Source of the DNA: Candidatus Staskawiczbacteria bacterium
GTDB lineage: Bacteria > Patescibacteriota > Minisyncoccia > Minisyncoccales > Staskawiczbacteraceae
Assembly: GCA_026395295.1 (NCBI GenBank)
Contig: JAPLYZ010000007.1
Span: forward strand, 370 to 64,369
DNA length: 64,000 nt
Direction of reading: 5' to 3'
Of this stretch, positions 9,638 to 19,939 are shown piece after piece. The position numbers and the translations under genes were made by a program. Below the pieces are notes generated by a model. It was not told where the DNA came from. It ran no database searches and worked only from the letters and a program-made list of their open reading frames with translations. How positions within the stretch are numbered: the first letter of the stretch is position 1; every line of letters begins with the position of its first letter.

Positions 9638-10764
9638 AACACAAGCCTCCTTGAACCTTTAGACATCATTGAATTTGATACAACAATATGAAGCCAGACT
9701 TTCTGCCACTTTTCTCTGTATTTTGCCTTAACAAAAGTCTTATACATTTCTTTTAAAATAATCGACGGGGTGACTAAGAAAATAATAAAAAAAAACGAAA
9801 CTAAAAACGCATCCATCCACGTTGCTTGCCGAAAAAATAATTTTACGCAACCGATAAACGAGTGGTAGTTAAAAGTGTCAAACGCCTTCATAGATCCCAT
9901 TTCTTTAATAGCGCGTCTTCTAATCTTTTTTTCCTCGCCAGTAATTATTCTCCTATAAAAATCACCTACATATTTACTGGCCAACAATAAATGGTCAAGC
10001 TTTTTCCATGCCACATAGTATAAAGAAAATTTGTCCTCAACGTAATATTTATAGCAATGCAGACTTTCATGTATGATTGCCTCATTAAACCTCAAAACCT
10101 CTAACTGCTGATATTTTAGAAGCATCAGCTGATATATAAAAACATGTATATAACTTGTCGTCACCGCCTTTGCAATATAAGCATTTTCTTCTTTCAAAAT
10201 CTTTTTTAGAAATTTATTATTTAATAATAATATGGAAAGAAAAGAATTATTAGAACGTATTCCTATGATATCTTTTATATCTGTTTTATACATTTTAGGT
10301 TTTGTTTCTTCAATAGTGTCAAAATATGCTATTTCTTTCCCATTTTTTTCATCGGTGCAATACGATTCGTGGCCCAAAAGAATAATCCCTGTGTTATCAT
10401 CACAATAGTCTTTTATAAAATTAATCACTTTTTTGAAACCGCCGTCAACTATCATATCATCGTCGCCCAAAAGCCATACGAATTCGCCGTCAGACATTTC
10501 CATAATTTTTAATACATTTCCGTCATAACCCAAATTCTCGCTATTCTCATTGTAGCTTATTAGCCCCGGATACCTTGTCTGAAAGCCGGCTACAACCTCA
10601 CTCGTATTATCCGTTGAACAATTATTGGATATACATATTTGAAAAATCCCCTCTAGCTCGTTAGCCTCCGGCGCGATATGGCTCAAAAGATTCTGTAAAA
10701 AAACCGCCCTATTGTAGGTAGGTATGGCGATGCTTATTAGAGGCTTATTGTTCTTTTTTTTCAT
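9634..10764 (-). CDS. GT2-family glycosyltransferase with C-terminal membrane segment
   Basis: 376-aa ORF. ISIAIPTYNRAVFLQNLL and WLLGDDD are GT-A/GT2 motifs; hydrophobic stretch AFLVSFFFIIFLVTPSIIL near the C-terminus. Confidence 0.7.
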   Translation of the reverse strand: MKKKNNKPLISIAIPTYNRAVFLQNLLSHIAPEANELEGIFQICISNNCSTDNTSEVVAGFQTRYPGLISYNENSENLGYDGNVLKIMEMSDGEFVWLLGDDDMIVDGGFKKVINFIKDYCDDNTGIILLGHESYCTDEKNGKEIAYFDTIEETKPKMYKTDIKDIIGIRSNNSFLSILLLNNKFLKKILKEENAYIAKAVTTSYIHVFIYQLMLLKYQQLEVLRFNEAIIHESLHCYKYYVEDKFSLYYVAWKKLDHLLLASKYVGDFYRRIITGEEKKIRRRAIKEMGSMKAFDTFNYHSFIGCVKLFFRQATWMDAFLVSFFFIIFLVTPSIILKEMYKTFVKAKYREKWQKVWLHIVVSNSMMSKGSRRLVF

Positions 10765-10806
10765 CGATTTTGCTTGTCAGTCCGTCGGCCATGACAAAAT
10801 AAAATT

Positions 10807-11760
10807 TCAATATAATTTTTTGTTTTCCCGAAACCAATTTATAGTTTTTAAAATTCCCGACTCAAAATCATGGTTAATTCTCCAGTCAAAAGTTCCCATA
10901 GCTTTTTTGTTGTCGGCTTGGAAAAAATTTGATTCTTTATAATAGCTGCTTCTTTCCCCATAATTAACATTCAGCTTCTCACCCAATAATTCCCCTATAA
11001 TTCTGACAACCTCCTTGATAGAGTGTTGCTTGCCAGAACCTATGTTAAATATCTCTCCTTTGTAGTTATGTTTTTTTTCTAAGATTTTTATGAAGACGTC
11101 CATCAAGTCTTCAATAAAAATAAAATCCCTAACATAATTTGGTGAAGCTAAATCTATTCTTCTTCCCTCTAAAGCATTTAAGATTATATACGGAATTAAT
11201 CTTTGACCGTCCTCAAAATACCCGAATGGAGTAAAAAGCCTCAAATTTACAACAGGAAAATTATTTTCTTCTGCTATTTTCTTTAATAACAGTTCTGCGG
11301 CTAACTTCGTTACTCCATAAACGTTCGACGGATCAACGGGATCTTCTTCATTAATACTGGTTTTTTTTGATTTATATTCTGAACAACTGCTGGCATTAAC
11401 AAATGTTGACACCTTACAGCCTTTTAATGAATTTACTAAATTTATTGTCCCGCATATATTTATGTCTATCATTTTTCTCAAATCATGCTGAACAGACGGA
11501 TAAACTCCATAACTCGCCAGATGGAAGATAACGCTTGGACTTACGCTGTTTACAAATTTAGACAGTCTATCACTGTCTTCTATGTCAACATATCTAATAG
11601 TGACCTTATCTAATACATCTTTCAATCTCCACAAATTGGCATGTTTTTTTTCGATTATAAATACCTCAAAATCACCGCTAGAAACTAGTTTCCTAGTTAA
11701 ATTAGACCCGATAAAACCAGCTCCGCCGGTAATCAAAACTTTTGTCTTCTTTTTTGCCAT
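10807..11760 (-). CDS. NAD-dependent sugar epimerase/reductase (extended SDR)
   Basis: 317-aa ORF. ITGGAGFIGSN Rossmann motif and YGVTK (YxxxK). Confidence 0.7.
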   Translation of the reverse strand: MAKKKTKVLITGGAGFIGSNLTRKLVSSGDFEVFIIEKKHANLWRLKDVLDKVTIRYVDIEDSDRLSKFVNSVSPSVIFHLASYGVYPSVQHDLRKMIDINICGTINLVNSLKGCKVSTFVNASSCSEYKSKKTSINEEDPVDPSNVYGVTKLAAELLLKKIAEENNFPVVNLRLFTPFGYFEDGQRLIPYIILNALEGRRIDLASPNYVRDFIFIEDLMDVFIKILEKKHNYKGEIFNIGSGKQHSIKEVVRIIGELLGEKLNVNYGERSSYYKESNFFQADNKKAMGTFDWRINHDFESGILKTINWFRENKKLY

Positions 11761-12683
11761 TCGAATGTTTCCTTAACACCATCTTGAAAGCTAGTTTTTG
11801 GTTGCCAACTCAAAACTTCTTTTGCCTTAGTCCAATCAAGATACTGTTTTGGTATTTCATTCTTTGTAATGTTCAATACTTTATAACCTATCCTTACGTC
11901 TAGTATCTTCTCGATATTATTTATAATCTCAATAACATTAAATATGTTTTTTGACCCGAAATTAAATGCTTCTCCGTAATTTTTTTTATAATTAGATAGT
12001 TTTATACAGCCTAAAACTATATCCTTAACGTAGGTGTATTCCCTAATCATTTTTCCATCGCTCCTTATCAGAAACTCTTTATTCTTAATTACCGACTCTA
12101 TAATTCCAGGTATTATTCTAGAAAGATTCATATCTCCCGGTCCGAAAACATTGCTAAATCTTGTGATTAAAATCGGCAAACCATACGTTGAAAAATATGC
12201 CCGAGCTATTAAATCGGCAGACGATTTCGAAACGTCATAAGGATGATCTCCTCTTAAGGGAAAATCTTCTCTATAGGGCAAATTTTTGGATTTCCCGTAT
12301 GCTTTGTCTGAAGAAACAACTATAATCGCCTCCATATGTCCCAGTTTTCTGCAGGCTTCCAAAACATTAACTGTGCCCATAACATTGGTCTCAATGGCGT
12401 CAAAAGGTTTTTGATAGGCATCTCCAACAATAGCCTCTGCGGCTAAATGAAAAACAACATTTGGATTTTCTTTTTTAAAAACTTCCCGAAGTTTTTTGCT
12501 CCTTACGTCAATCTTATAAAATTTCGCCTTAGAATTTATATTCTCTTTTCTACCTGAAGACAGGTTGTCTATCACAACAACCTTATTTTTTTGCTCAACC
12601 AGTTCATTTACCAAATTAGAACCGATAAACCCGGCGCCCCCGGTCACCAATATTTTTTTTGTTTTTATTTCCATATTTTCCAT
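11733..12683 (-). CDS. NAD-dependent sugar dehydratase (extended SDR), CDP-glucose 4,6-dehydratase-like by context
   Basis: 316-aa ORF. VTGGAGFIGSN and YDVSK. It lies immediately downstream of the glucose-1-phosphate cytidylyltransferase and overlaps it. Confidence 0.6.
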   Translation of the reverse strand: MENMEIKTKKILVTGGAGFIGSNLVNELVEQKNKVVVIDNLSSGRKENINSKAKFYKIDVRSKKLREVFKKENPNVVFHLAAEAIVGDAYQKPFDAIETNVMGTVNVLEACRKLGHMEAIIVVSSDKAYGKSKNLPYREDFPLRGDHPYDVSKSSADLIARAYFSTYGLPILITRFSNVFGPGDMNLSRIIPGIIESVIKNKEFLIRSDGKMIREYTYVKDIVLGCIKLSNYKKNYGEAFNFGSKNIFNVIEIINNIEKILDVRIGYKVLNITKNEIPKQYLDWTKAKEVLSWQPKTSFQDGVKETFEWQKRRQKF

Positions 12684-13435
12684 TTTGGGTCTTTACACCA
12701 TAATTCATTCAAATATAAAAAATCTTTGTAAGTGTCCATTCCATACCAAAATCCTTCGTGTTTGTACAAAGCCAGCTGCTTTTCTGGTATAAGCCGGGCC
12801 AAAGAATCTTCAATCATATCCCCTTCTTTTATGAAATCAAAAAATTCCTTATTAAAAATCATAAAACCTCCGCTGACATAATCAAAAAGTAAAGGCTTTT
12901 GGGCAAATTCTGTTACCAAATTGTCTTTACCGGCGTTAACCAACCCCCATTTAGATGACGGGTGAACTCCTGTGATGGTAGCCATTTTTCCGTGGCTTTT
13001 ATGAAACTCAACCAATTTTCCGATATCAATGTCGGCGACTCCATCTCCATAAGTCAGCATAAATGCATCCTCTGTGATATACTTTTTAAGCTTTAAAACT
13101 CTCTCTCCGTGCGGAGTTTCCAGCCCTGTTTCAACAAAAATTATATTGAAATCATTTTTTTCTCCGTCAGCTTCAAAAAAATCGGCAATTTTTCCTTTTT
13201 CCGGGTTAAATGAAAAATCGCTGGTATAATATTTTTGCTTTAAAAAATAATCTTTGATAGAGTCGCTTTTGTAACCTAAGGCCAAAACAAAATTGTTATA
13301 ACCATAATGGTTATATATTTTCATAATATGCCACAAAATCGGTTTTCCTCCTATTTCTACCATGGGCTTTGCCTTAAACTCGGTTTCTTCTCTTAAACGG
13401 GTGCCGGATCCTCCACAAAGTATTATTGTTTTCAT
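12665..13435 (-). CDS. rfbF: Glucose-1-phosphate cytidylyltransferase
   Basis: 256-aa ORF. MKTIILCGGSGTRLREETEFKAKPMVEIGGKPILWHIM is a near-canonical RfbF/DdhA N-terminus. Confidence 0.85.
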   Translation of the reverse strand: MKTIILCGGSGTRLREETEFKAKPMVEIGGKPILWHIMKIYNHYGYNNFVLALGYKSDSIKDYFLKQKYYTSDFSFNPEKGKIADFFEADGEKNDFNIIFVETGLETPHGERVLKLKKYITEDAFMLTYGDGVADIDIGKLVEFHKSHGKMATITGVHPSSKWGLVNAGKDNLVTEFAQKPLLFDYVSGGFMIFNKEFFDFIKEGDMIEDSLARLIPEKQLALYKHEGFWYGMDTYKDFLYLNELWCKDPKWKIWK

Positions 13436-13439
13436 ATTT

Positions 13440-14765
13440 TTATTTTTTTAATTCGCTGATATTATCATATACCTTTCCGAAGGCAGAAATCAAATCATCT
13501 AAATCTTTCTTTTTGAAAGGCGGGGTCATTAGGTCGTGGGTAATTAGTTCTTTGTTGTGCATTTTTTCAGTCACCGGACACAACCCCTCTGAATAATCTA
13601 ATTTTCCTTTATAAAAAGAACACTTAAACGGACATCCTTTGTCGCCGAAACCAATCAATTTTTGGTAAAGAGGCAAAAGATAAAGAGGCTTTACATATCC
13701 ACAACCTATTAAAACGCCCTGATTTTCTCTGCTCTCCATAGGCATAAGCTCGGCTTTTACGGCTTCAATGAATTTATTCCTTGAAACCCCGACAACTTCT
13801 TCTTTATATTTTAACGGATGTTTATAAAAAACATGTTTGCATTGCGGTCTGACTTTGGCCGGCTCTAAAAAGGGAAATTTAGAAAATTTTTCAGACAAAT
13901 ACTCGACGTTCTTTAATCTCGCTTCCAGTAGCTTATCTAATTTTTTCAACTGAACTCTGGCTATAGCCGCTTCCACCTCGGTCATTCTGAAATTAAAACC
14001 AATCATATTGACTAGAGATGAATAGCCCTTGTCTCCCACCACTGCCTCTGCATGATTCCTAATCAATCTAACTTTTTCTGCTAATTCATCGTTATCAGTT
14101 ACCACCATTCCACCTTCGCCGGTGTGGATATGTTTGTGGTAATTTAAAGAATAAACTCCAATGTCTCCCAAGGTCCCGGCCATTCTGCCTTTATATTCTG
14201 CCCCGGGCGCCTGGGCAGCATCTTCTATCACGTATAAATTATGCTTTTTTGCGATTGCATTAATTTTATCTGCGTCGTACGGCTGTCCAAAAATATCTAC
14301 TGCTATTATGGCTTTTGTTCTTTCTGTAATTTTGCTTTCAACTGATTCCGGATCAATACAAAAAAAATCTTTTTCAATATCGGCGAAAACAGGTATTGCA
14401 TTATACACAAGAGGGGCGCTTGCCGATATACACATTGAATAGGGACTAACTATAACTTCGTCGCCTGGACCTAGGCCACAGGCCCCCACCGCGCAATATA
14501 AGCCCGATGTGGCGCTGTTAACACTTATGGCGTGCTTTACCCCAAAGTATTTTGCCCATTCTTTCTCTAACCTGCGAACTTCCGGTCCTCCGTAAAAATC
14601 CTCGTGCCAAGCTCCCAGATATTTTGAAAGCACCCCTGTTTTTAAGACACTTGAAACGGCCTTAATTTCCTCTTGTCCTATTGTCTGGTAGAAAGGAAAA
14701 AGTTTCGTCCTTATTTTTGGCCCTCCGTGTATCGCTAATTTGTGATTATTTTTTTCAAATTTCAT
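13440..14765 (-). CDS. DegT/DnrJ/EryC1/StrS-family PLP aminotransferase (nucleotide-sugar)
   Basis: 441-aa ORF. SVNSATSGL, IEDAAQAPGA and the PLP-lysine region YSLNYHKHIHTGEGG. Confidence 0.8.
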   Translation of the reverse strand: MKFEKNNHKLAIHGGPKIRTKLFPFYQTIGQEEIKAVSSVLKTGVLSKYLGAWHEDFYGGPEVRRLEKEWAKYFGVKHAISVNSATSGLYCAVGACGLGPGDEVIVSPYSMCISASAPLVYNAIPVFADIEKDFFCIDPESVESKITERTKAIIAVDIFGQPYDADKINAIAKKHNLYVIEDAAQAPGAEYKGRMAGTLGDIGVYSLNYHKHIHTGEGGMVVTDNDELAEKVRLIRNHAEAVVGDKGYSSLVNMIGFNFRMTEVEAAIARVQLKKLDKLLEARLKNVEYLSEKFSKFPFLEPAKVRPQCKHVFYKHPLKYKEEVVGVSRNKFIEAVKAELMPMESRENQGVLIGCGYVKPLYLLPLYQKLIGFGDKGCPFKCSFYKGKLDYSEGLCPVTEKMHNKELITHDLMTPPFKKKDLDDLISAFGKVYDNISELKK

Positions 14766-15811
14766 TTATTTTCTAAAATATGCTCTATTAGGCTCGCTAC
14801 TTTATCGGCTGATTTATTTTTGGTATATTTTGTCCGCTGCCTTTTTTCAGATAAAACTTTCCCTTTCAAAACGCTCTCTATTACCCCAAGAATATCTTCC
14901 TTTTTATACACCGGAACAGACCATCCGTAAACATTACTCCGCAAAGTATCGCTTGTTGCGTCTTTTCCGGGTTGATAGCTCAACACCTTTTTACCCATTA
15001 AAGCTGCGTCGAAAAGAGCCATAGAGTGCATGCCCATTATTAATTCTGCTTTTTGGGTGAGCGCATCTGCATTTACATCGCCTTTTAACTTTTCAATACT
15101 CAATTTAGAATCTTTAATTATACTATCATATTTATCCTTATCTTTTTCTCTTGAAGGATGGAATTTTATAATTATCTTTTTTTCCGGATACCTTTTATCT
15201 AAAACATCAACAATGTCTTTGAAAACATCTACCTCGCTCATTCCTTTGCTGGAAAAGGGTTGCGAATAAAAAACAATAAGATTTTTTTCTTCTCTCGTTT
15301 TTTTAATATCAGAAAACTTATCAAAACGGGGATTACCGACAATTTTAATAATGTCCGAGGGAATTCCTATTTTTTCCAAATCACCTTTCATTTCTCCATC
15401 TATGACCAATATGCTATCAGGAATAAATTCTAACTTTTTTCCAAATCTTTCCCCATAGTTTATCCAGGAATCAACTATGCTTATCGCTGGCCTACCCGCA
15501 TCTTTTGAGGCTTTTATTATTTTCTTATCAAGTGAATCTTCTAATTCCGTGTTATTTGTATCGGTAATAAATAAGTCCGGATTCTCTTTCTCAATAATAT
15601 CTTCTACTTCTTGGACTGAAAAACCTACTGATAAATGTAGATTCTTAATGCCTTTTTTCTCGGCGTATTCATAGATATCTTTGTTGCCCAAAAATAAAGC
15701 GAATTCAAATTTTCCGTCATTTTGGATCCTTTCAATCACCGGAAAGAAGACGTCTATTCCTCCCGCTTGCTCTGCGACAAAAATTATATATTTTTTTTCT
15801 ATTTTGCGCAT
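14762..15811 (-). CDS. Hypothetical protein, GT-B-like; distant resemblance to the 5507/6801 paralogs
   Basis: 349-aa ORF. The C-terminal half (KIVGNPRFDKF, LIVFYSQPF, IIIKFHPSRE, ELIMGMHSMALFDAALMGKKVL) has the same order of elements as the tandem paralogs. Confidence 0.4.
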   Translation of the reverse strand: MRKIEKKYIIFVAEQAGGIDVFFPVIERIQNDGKFEFALFLGNKDIYEYAEKKGIKNLHLSVGFSVQEVEDIIEKENPDLFITDTNNTELEDSLDKKIIKASKDAGRPAISIVDSWINYGERFGKKLEFIPDSILVIDGEMKGDLEKIGIPSDIIKIVGNPRFDKFSDIKKTREEKNLIVFYSQPFSSKGMSEVDVFKDIVDVLDKRYPEKKIIIKFHPSREKDKDKYDSIIKDSKLSIEKLKGDVNADALTQKAELIMGMHSMALFDAALMGKKVLSYQPGKDATSDTLRSNVYGWSVPVYKKEDILGVIESVLKGKVLSEKRQRTKYTKNKSADKVASLIEHILENK

Positions 15812-16746
15812 ATTTTTTGAGCCTCATATCCATCTTTTATGTCGCATATAAGGTTGCCACCTCTTATAATGGCGTCATATAAGTTATCTACTGCATAATA
15901 TAAAGCCTTGCCCATTGAAGTTTTTGTCGTTTTTCCTAAAGAAACATTTTTATAACCTTTAAACGTGGCGTCGTCGCTTAAAAAATACTCCCGCATTTCG
16001 AAACCGTTATTTATAATTCTTATCCTGGCTTTCTCGAAAAAAAGGTCTAGCTCAAAAATTGTAAAATGCCTTGAGTCTATGGCGTTTAATAAGATTTCTT
16101 TTCCATTTCTCAATTTCAATACAGCCGAAACCGTTGGATCTTTTCTGCTAAAATCATAAATTTCCGAAATCATCTTTTTATTTTTTATTTCTCCAAAAAA
16201 ATAGCGCAATAAATCTATCAAGTGCGACCCGTTGTGCAAAAAACCTTTGCCGTAGACTCCATTGCCGGTTAAAAATTTTCCGTATTTTCCTCCGGCAATC
16301 ATTTTTTTCAAATCATGGAATTCCGGTACAAATCTTCTTGTATAATTCACTAAAAATTTACGGCTTTTAAAAAATTCGGATCCGATGATTTTGCGTGAAT
16401 CTTCAAGGCTATCTGTCAGCGGTTTTTCTATTATTCCACCCAAAATATCTGTTTTCGCCGTCTCCTTTAAAATCTTATAGTGCTCCTCATCCGGGGCGCA
16501 GATAGACACGACGTCTATTTTTATATTTTTACGCAATTCCGAAATTGTTTTAGCCGAAGATCCGCCCCATATTTTTGCAGCTTGTTCAGCTTTTTTTATA
16601 TCATTATCCACGAAACCAACCAGCTTGAATCCGGGATGATTTGTGTAGGCATGAGCATGAGTCAAAATATTCCTTGAACTAGGATTATCGTAAAACGCCC
16701 CTATATTGCCTGCGCCAATGATCGCCGCATTTAATTTATTTGACAT
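15799..16746 (-). CDS. Gfo/Idh/MocA-family oxidoreductase
   Basis: 315-aa ORF. N-terminal Rossmann LNAAIIGAGNIGAFY plus EKPL motif (GGIIEKPL). Confidence 0.65.
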   Translation of the reverse strand: MSNKLNAAIIGAGNIGAFYDNPSSRNILTHAHAYTNHPGFKLVGFVDNDIKKAEQAAKIWGGSSAKTISELRKNIKIDVVSICAPDEEHYKILKETAKTDILGGIIEKPLTDSLEDSRKIIGSEFFKSRKFLVNYTRRFVPEFHDLKKMIAGGKYGKFLTGNGVYGKGFLHNGSHLIDLLRYFFGEIKNKKMISEIYDFSRKDPTVSAVLKLRNGKEILLNAIDSRHFTIFELDLFFEKARIRIINNGFEMREYFLSDDATFKGYKNVSLGKTTKTSMGKALYYAVDNLYDAIIRGGNLICDIKDGYEAQKICAK

Positions 16747-17497
16747 AATTTATAAAAGGATTTTTCCTGATTATATGCTTGTTAATTTTCATCAATTCTG
16801 GGTTTTCCCTCAACAAGTCCACCACGTCCTCTGCGGAAAAATCTGTATTTTTAGAATATAAATTTTCATAAATTTTACTTATGAGCTCATAATCTTCTTG
16901 AGTGTCTAAGGTTATTTGAAGTTCCGGCCAAAACATTTTTCCTCCAGCCTTCCAATTTTTCAAGCGATATTTTTCAGGATGCATATAAATATACAGTGAA
17001 ACATGCTCCCTGTCTTTCGGGTTTTTGGTTGTTCTTTCCACTTCTTCTAAAACCGACGTCGGGAAAATTTTCACGTCGAATCCCATAGGAAAAGATCTTT
17101 CTATGCAGTTGGATGCAAAATCGTGTTGATCTGAAAAAAAATCTTTAATTGTATAATCAACGTGTCGCCAGTCAATACAAATATTATCTCCGGGAATTTC
17201 TACAATTAAATCTGCCTTATGCAACTTAGCTGCCTCCAAAACACGCCGTAATACGTCATCTTCACTGCCACGATAATAACGGCAACCTATCTTCTCGCAC
17301 AGTTCAACGATGCAGTCGTCTGTTTTATTGACAGTTGTGGCAACTATTATATCGTCAGAATGTTTGCTTTTACGTAACCTCTCTATCATCCTATACAAAC
17401 AAGGCTCACCCAGCACGGGCATTAAAACTTTCCCCGGCAACCGGGTTGAGGTCATACGCGCTTCAACGATAACAGCAATTTTTTTATTATTTATCAT
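16736..17497 (-). CDS. Cytidylyltransferase (SpsF / CMP-nonulosonate synthetase-like)
   Basis: 253-aa ORF. KIAVIVEARMTSTRLPGKVLMPVLGEP is the typical N-terminus of this family. A NeuB-type synthase lies nearby. Confidence 0.7.
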   Translation of the reverse strand: MINNKKIAVIVEARMTSTRLPGKVLMPVLGEPCLYRMIERLRKSKHSDDIIVATTVNKTDDCIVELCEKIGCRYYRGSEDDVLRRVLEAAKLHKADLIVEIPGDNICIDWRHVDYTIKDFFSDQHDFASNCIERSFPMGFDVKIFPTSVLEEVERTTKNPKDREHVSLYIYMHPEKYRLKNWKAGGKMFWPELQITLDTQEDYELISKIYENLYSKNTDFSAEDVVDLLRENPELMKINKHIIRKNPFINYVK

Positions 17498-17503
17498 AAT
17501 AAA

Positions 17504-18190
17504 TTACTTTGTAAAAACCCTCACCCAGTAATTTCGACCGAAATCTGCAATTTCCTTGCAATTAAACTGCTCTATTTGCCTCATGCCTAAGTTCTCAAAA
17601 ATCTTTTTGTAACGACGGGGAAAATGACGCCATGTCACCCCATCTTCGTCTTCAATTATAATTAAATATTTTTTTGTTATCCTCGCCACTTCCGAAAATA
17701 CAAATTCGCTGTCTGGATGAATATGCTGGAAAACAGCCATTGTGAACACAACATCAAAAGAATCGTTCTCTATTGTTTTAACCGCGTTTTCAACGGAATT
17801 AATATCAACTTTGACTGACGACAAAATTTTCGGATAAACTCTCTTCATTAACTCAACCGCCTCCTTGCTAATTTCTATGCCTCTCAAATTTTTATAACCG
17901 GCGACGAACAAGTAATTCAGATTCCTCCCGACATTGCAACCAATTTCTAAAATTTTATCCTGGGAATCTGCATATTTTTTAAAAAATTTAAGCAAAAATT
18001 CGCTCCTTTGCACCGGTTCTATATAGCTATTTGGCGCATTATGGTCCATTGGATCGCGCCAATATCTTTCAAGTTCTGCTCTCGATTTTTTAGCAGTCAC
18101 TAAATTCCTCAATCGCCTGTTTGCCCAAAAATAGAACGGTCTTAACGCTGATTTTATCGGCTCTGGTATTGCTTTTACTAGTTTTTTCAT
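17504..18190 (-). CDS. Class I SAM-dependent methyltransferase
   Basis: 228-aa ORF. Motif I ILEIGCNVGRNL, later FDVVFTMAVFQHI. Confidence 0.65.
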   Translation of the reverse strand: MKKLVKAIPEPIKSALRPFYFWANRRLRNLVTAKKSRAELERYWRDPMDHNAPNSYIEPVQRSEFLLKFFKKYADSQDKILEIGCNVGRNLNYLFVAGYKNLRGIEISKEAVELMKRVYPKILSSVKVDINSVENAVKTIENDSFDVVFTMAVFQHIHPDSEFVFSEVARITKKYLIIIEDEDGVTWRHFPRRYKKIFENLGMRQIEQFNCKEIADFGRNYWVRVFTK

Positions 18191-18214
18191 TTTTTAAATA
18201 TATCCAAAATATTT

Positions 18215-19270
18215 TTATAGAAAATCTTTCCACCTTATCAACTCATCTTTTTTTATGGCCTTTTTTGTTTTTCTGCCTATAATCTTATTCAAGTATTTCG
18301 GGTAAATCCCGGTTCCCGGCCTTTTACAATCGAGCATTTCTCTCCTGACTGTTACTCCTTTTGGAATGTTTGTAATTGAAACTATGCTCCGTTTATCATA
18401 GGTTCTGGTTTCCTTTTCGCACTTAAAAATCTTCTTCTTCGATTCTCCTAAAAGCGTTTCTGTCAATCTTACCGACTCAACCAATTGTTTCATTTCTTCA
18501 GGGTCAACCGACAGCCAATGGTCTGCCGAATCTGGCAAGGTCTTGTCAGTAGTATAATGCTTTTCAATTACCTTGGCCCCAACTGCCGCTGCTATCTGTG
18601 GCGACTGAACTCCCATAGTGTGGTCTGAAATTCCTATTACTAAATCTGGGAATTCTTTTTCTAAAGTTTTAATAACATTTAAATTAGAGTCTTTCAGTTC
18701 GGTTGGATAACAAAGAGTGCAATGCAATAAAATAATTTTTTTATTGCCCGCTTTTTTTATAACTCCAACAGACTCTTTTATCTCTTCTAGGGTTGATGCC
18801 CCGGTTGATAGCATAATCGGAATATTGTGCTTGGCTATATGCTCTAAAAATGGAAGGCAGCTCATGTCCGACGACGCGACTTTGATTGCTTTCATGCCAA
18901 TAGATACAAGATAATCTGCCGACTTTGCGCTAAACGGCGTTGATAAAAACTCTATATTATTTTCTTGGCAAATTTTAATAAGTTTCGGATAGTTTTCTAA
19001 TGGAAAGCCGCCTGTCTTTTCGTACGCTTCATACTGGGTGCGCCTGTCTTTATCTCCTTTCCAATTCCAAAATTTAGGAGCGCCTCGAACCACAAGGTCG
19101 TCTGCCACATATGTCTGAAATTTTATCGCATCAGCTCCAGCTTTGGCGGCCCTTACAATCAATTCTTCTGCCCTTTCCAAAGAACCGTTATGGTTGACAC
19201 CCGCTTCGGCAATTATGTAAGTTGAGCAGTCTTTACCTATAAATTTATTCCCTATTTTTATTTTTTTCAC
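18215..19270 (-). CDS. neuB: Nonulosonic (sialic/legionaminic/pseudaminic) acid synthase, NeuB family
   Basis: 351-aa ORF. STYIIAEAGVNHNGSLERAEELI, KFQTY, and a C-terminal SAF-like domain (RSIVSITNIPKGVTV). Confidence 0.85.
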   Translation of the reverse strand: MKKIKIGNKFIGKDCSTYIIAEAGVNHNGSLERAEELIVRAAKAGADAIKFQTYVADDLVVRGAPKFWNWKGDKDRRTQYEAYEKTGGFPLENYPKLIKICQENNIEFLSTPFSAKSADYLVSIGMKAIKVASSDMSCLPFLEHIAKHNIPIMLSTGASTLEEIKESVGVIKKAGNKKIILLHCTLCYPTELKDSNLNVIKTLEKEFPDLVIGISDHTMGVQSPQIAAAVGAKVIEKHYTTDKTLPDSADHWLSVDPEEMKQLVESVRLTETLLGESKKKIFKCEKETRTYDKRSIVSITNIPKGVTVRREMLDCKRPGTGIYPKYLNKIIGRKTKKAIKKDELIRWKDFL

Positions 19271-19913
19271 GCGCTTTCGTCTCCCATTTTATTCTTTCCG
19301 CCCTATCGTTGGTCATGTTGTCTGCATGCATGCGGTAACGATATAACGGAAGGCGTAAATAGTAGCCGTTAAAATTTTTTAAATATCTTGTCAAAAGGTC
19401 AAAATCCTCTGCATTTTTTAGGTCTTTATCATAAAGACCTATAGCCTCTAAACAAATCTTGCGAAACATCACTCCTGCCCCATGCCTATACAATTTATCT
19501 ATTGTGTTCAAAGAGACCCTTTCTATAAATTCTTCCTGCTCTCCGACTTTTATGTGGTCGGAATATATAAAACCTATGTCCGGGTTTGCAATCATCAACT
19601 CGGTCATAAAAAGGAGTGTGTTCTCATTTATGTAATCATCCGCGTCAACCCTAATTATAAAACTGCCCAAGGCTTTTCTTATCCCTATATTAGAGGCTTC
19701 TGCCACGCCGACATTATCTTTTAAATAAATTGGCAAAATATCACTGCCAAAACTCTCTATTACATCTCGGCTTTTGTCTGTAGAAGCATCATCAATTACT
19801 ATTATTTCATACCTTCCTCTATCTAAAGATTGCTTCAAGCAACTCCTAATTGCTCTGCTAATATAGGCCTTTTTGTTAAAATTAGTAATGATTACACTGG
19901 CGTCTATCGACAT
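19245..19913 (-). CDS. GT2-family glycosyltransferase
   Basis: 222-aa ORF. SVIITNFNKKAYISRAIRSCLKQ, VIDDASTD, RVDADD. Confidence 0.75.
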   Translation of the reverse strand: MSIDASVIITNFNKKAYISRAIRSCLKQSLDRGRYEIIVIDDASTDKSRDVIESFGSDILPIYLKDNVGVAEASNIGIRKALGSFIIRVDADDYINENTLLFMTELMIANPDIGFIYSDHIKVGEQEEFIERVSLNTIDKLYRHGAGVMFRKICLEAIGLYDKDLKNAEDFDLLTRYLKNFNGYYLRLPLYRYRMHADNMTNDRAERIKWETKAREKNKNRE

Positions 19914-19939
19914 AAATTTTTCTTATTTCTTGAAACTTT

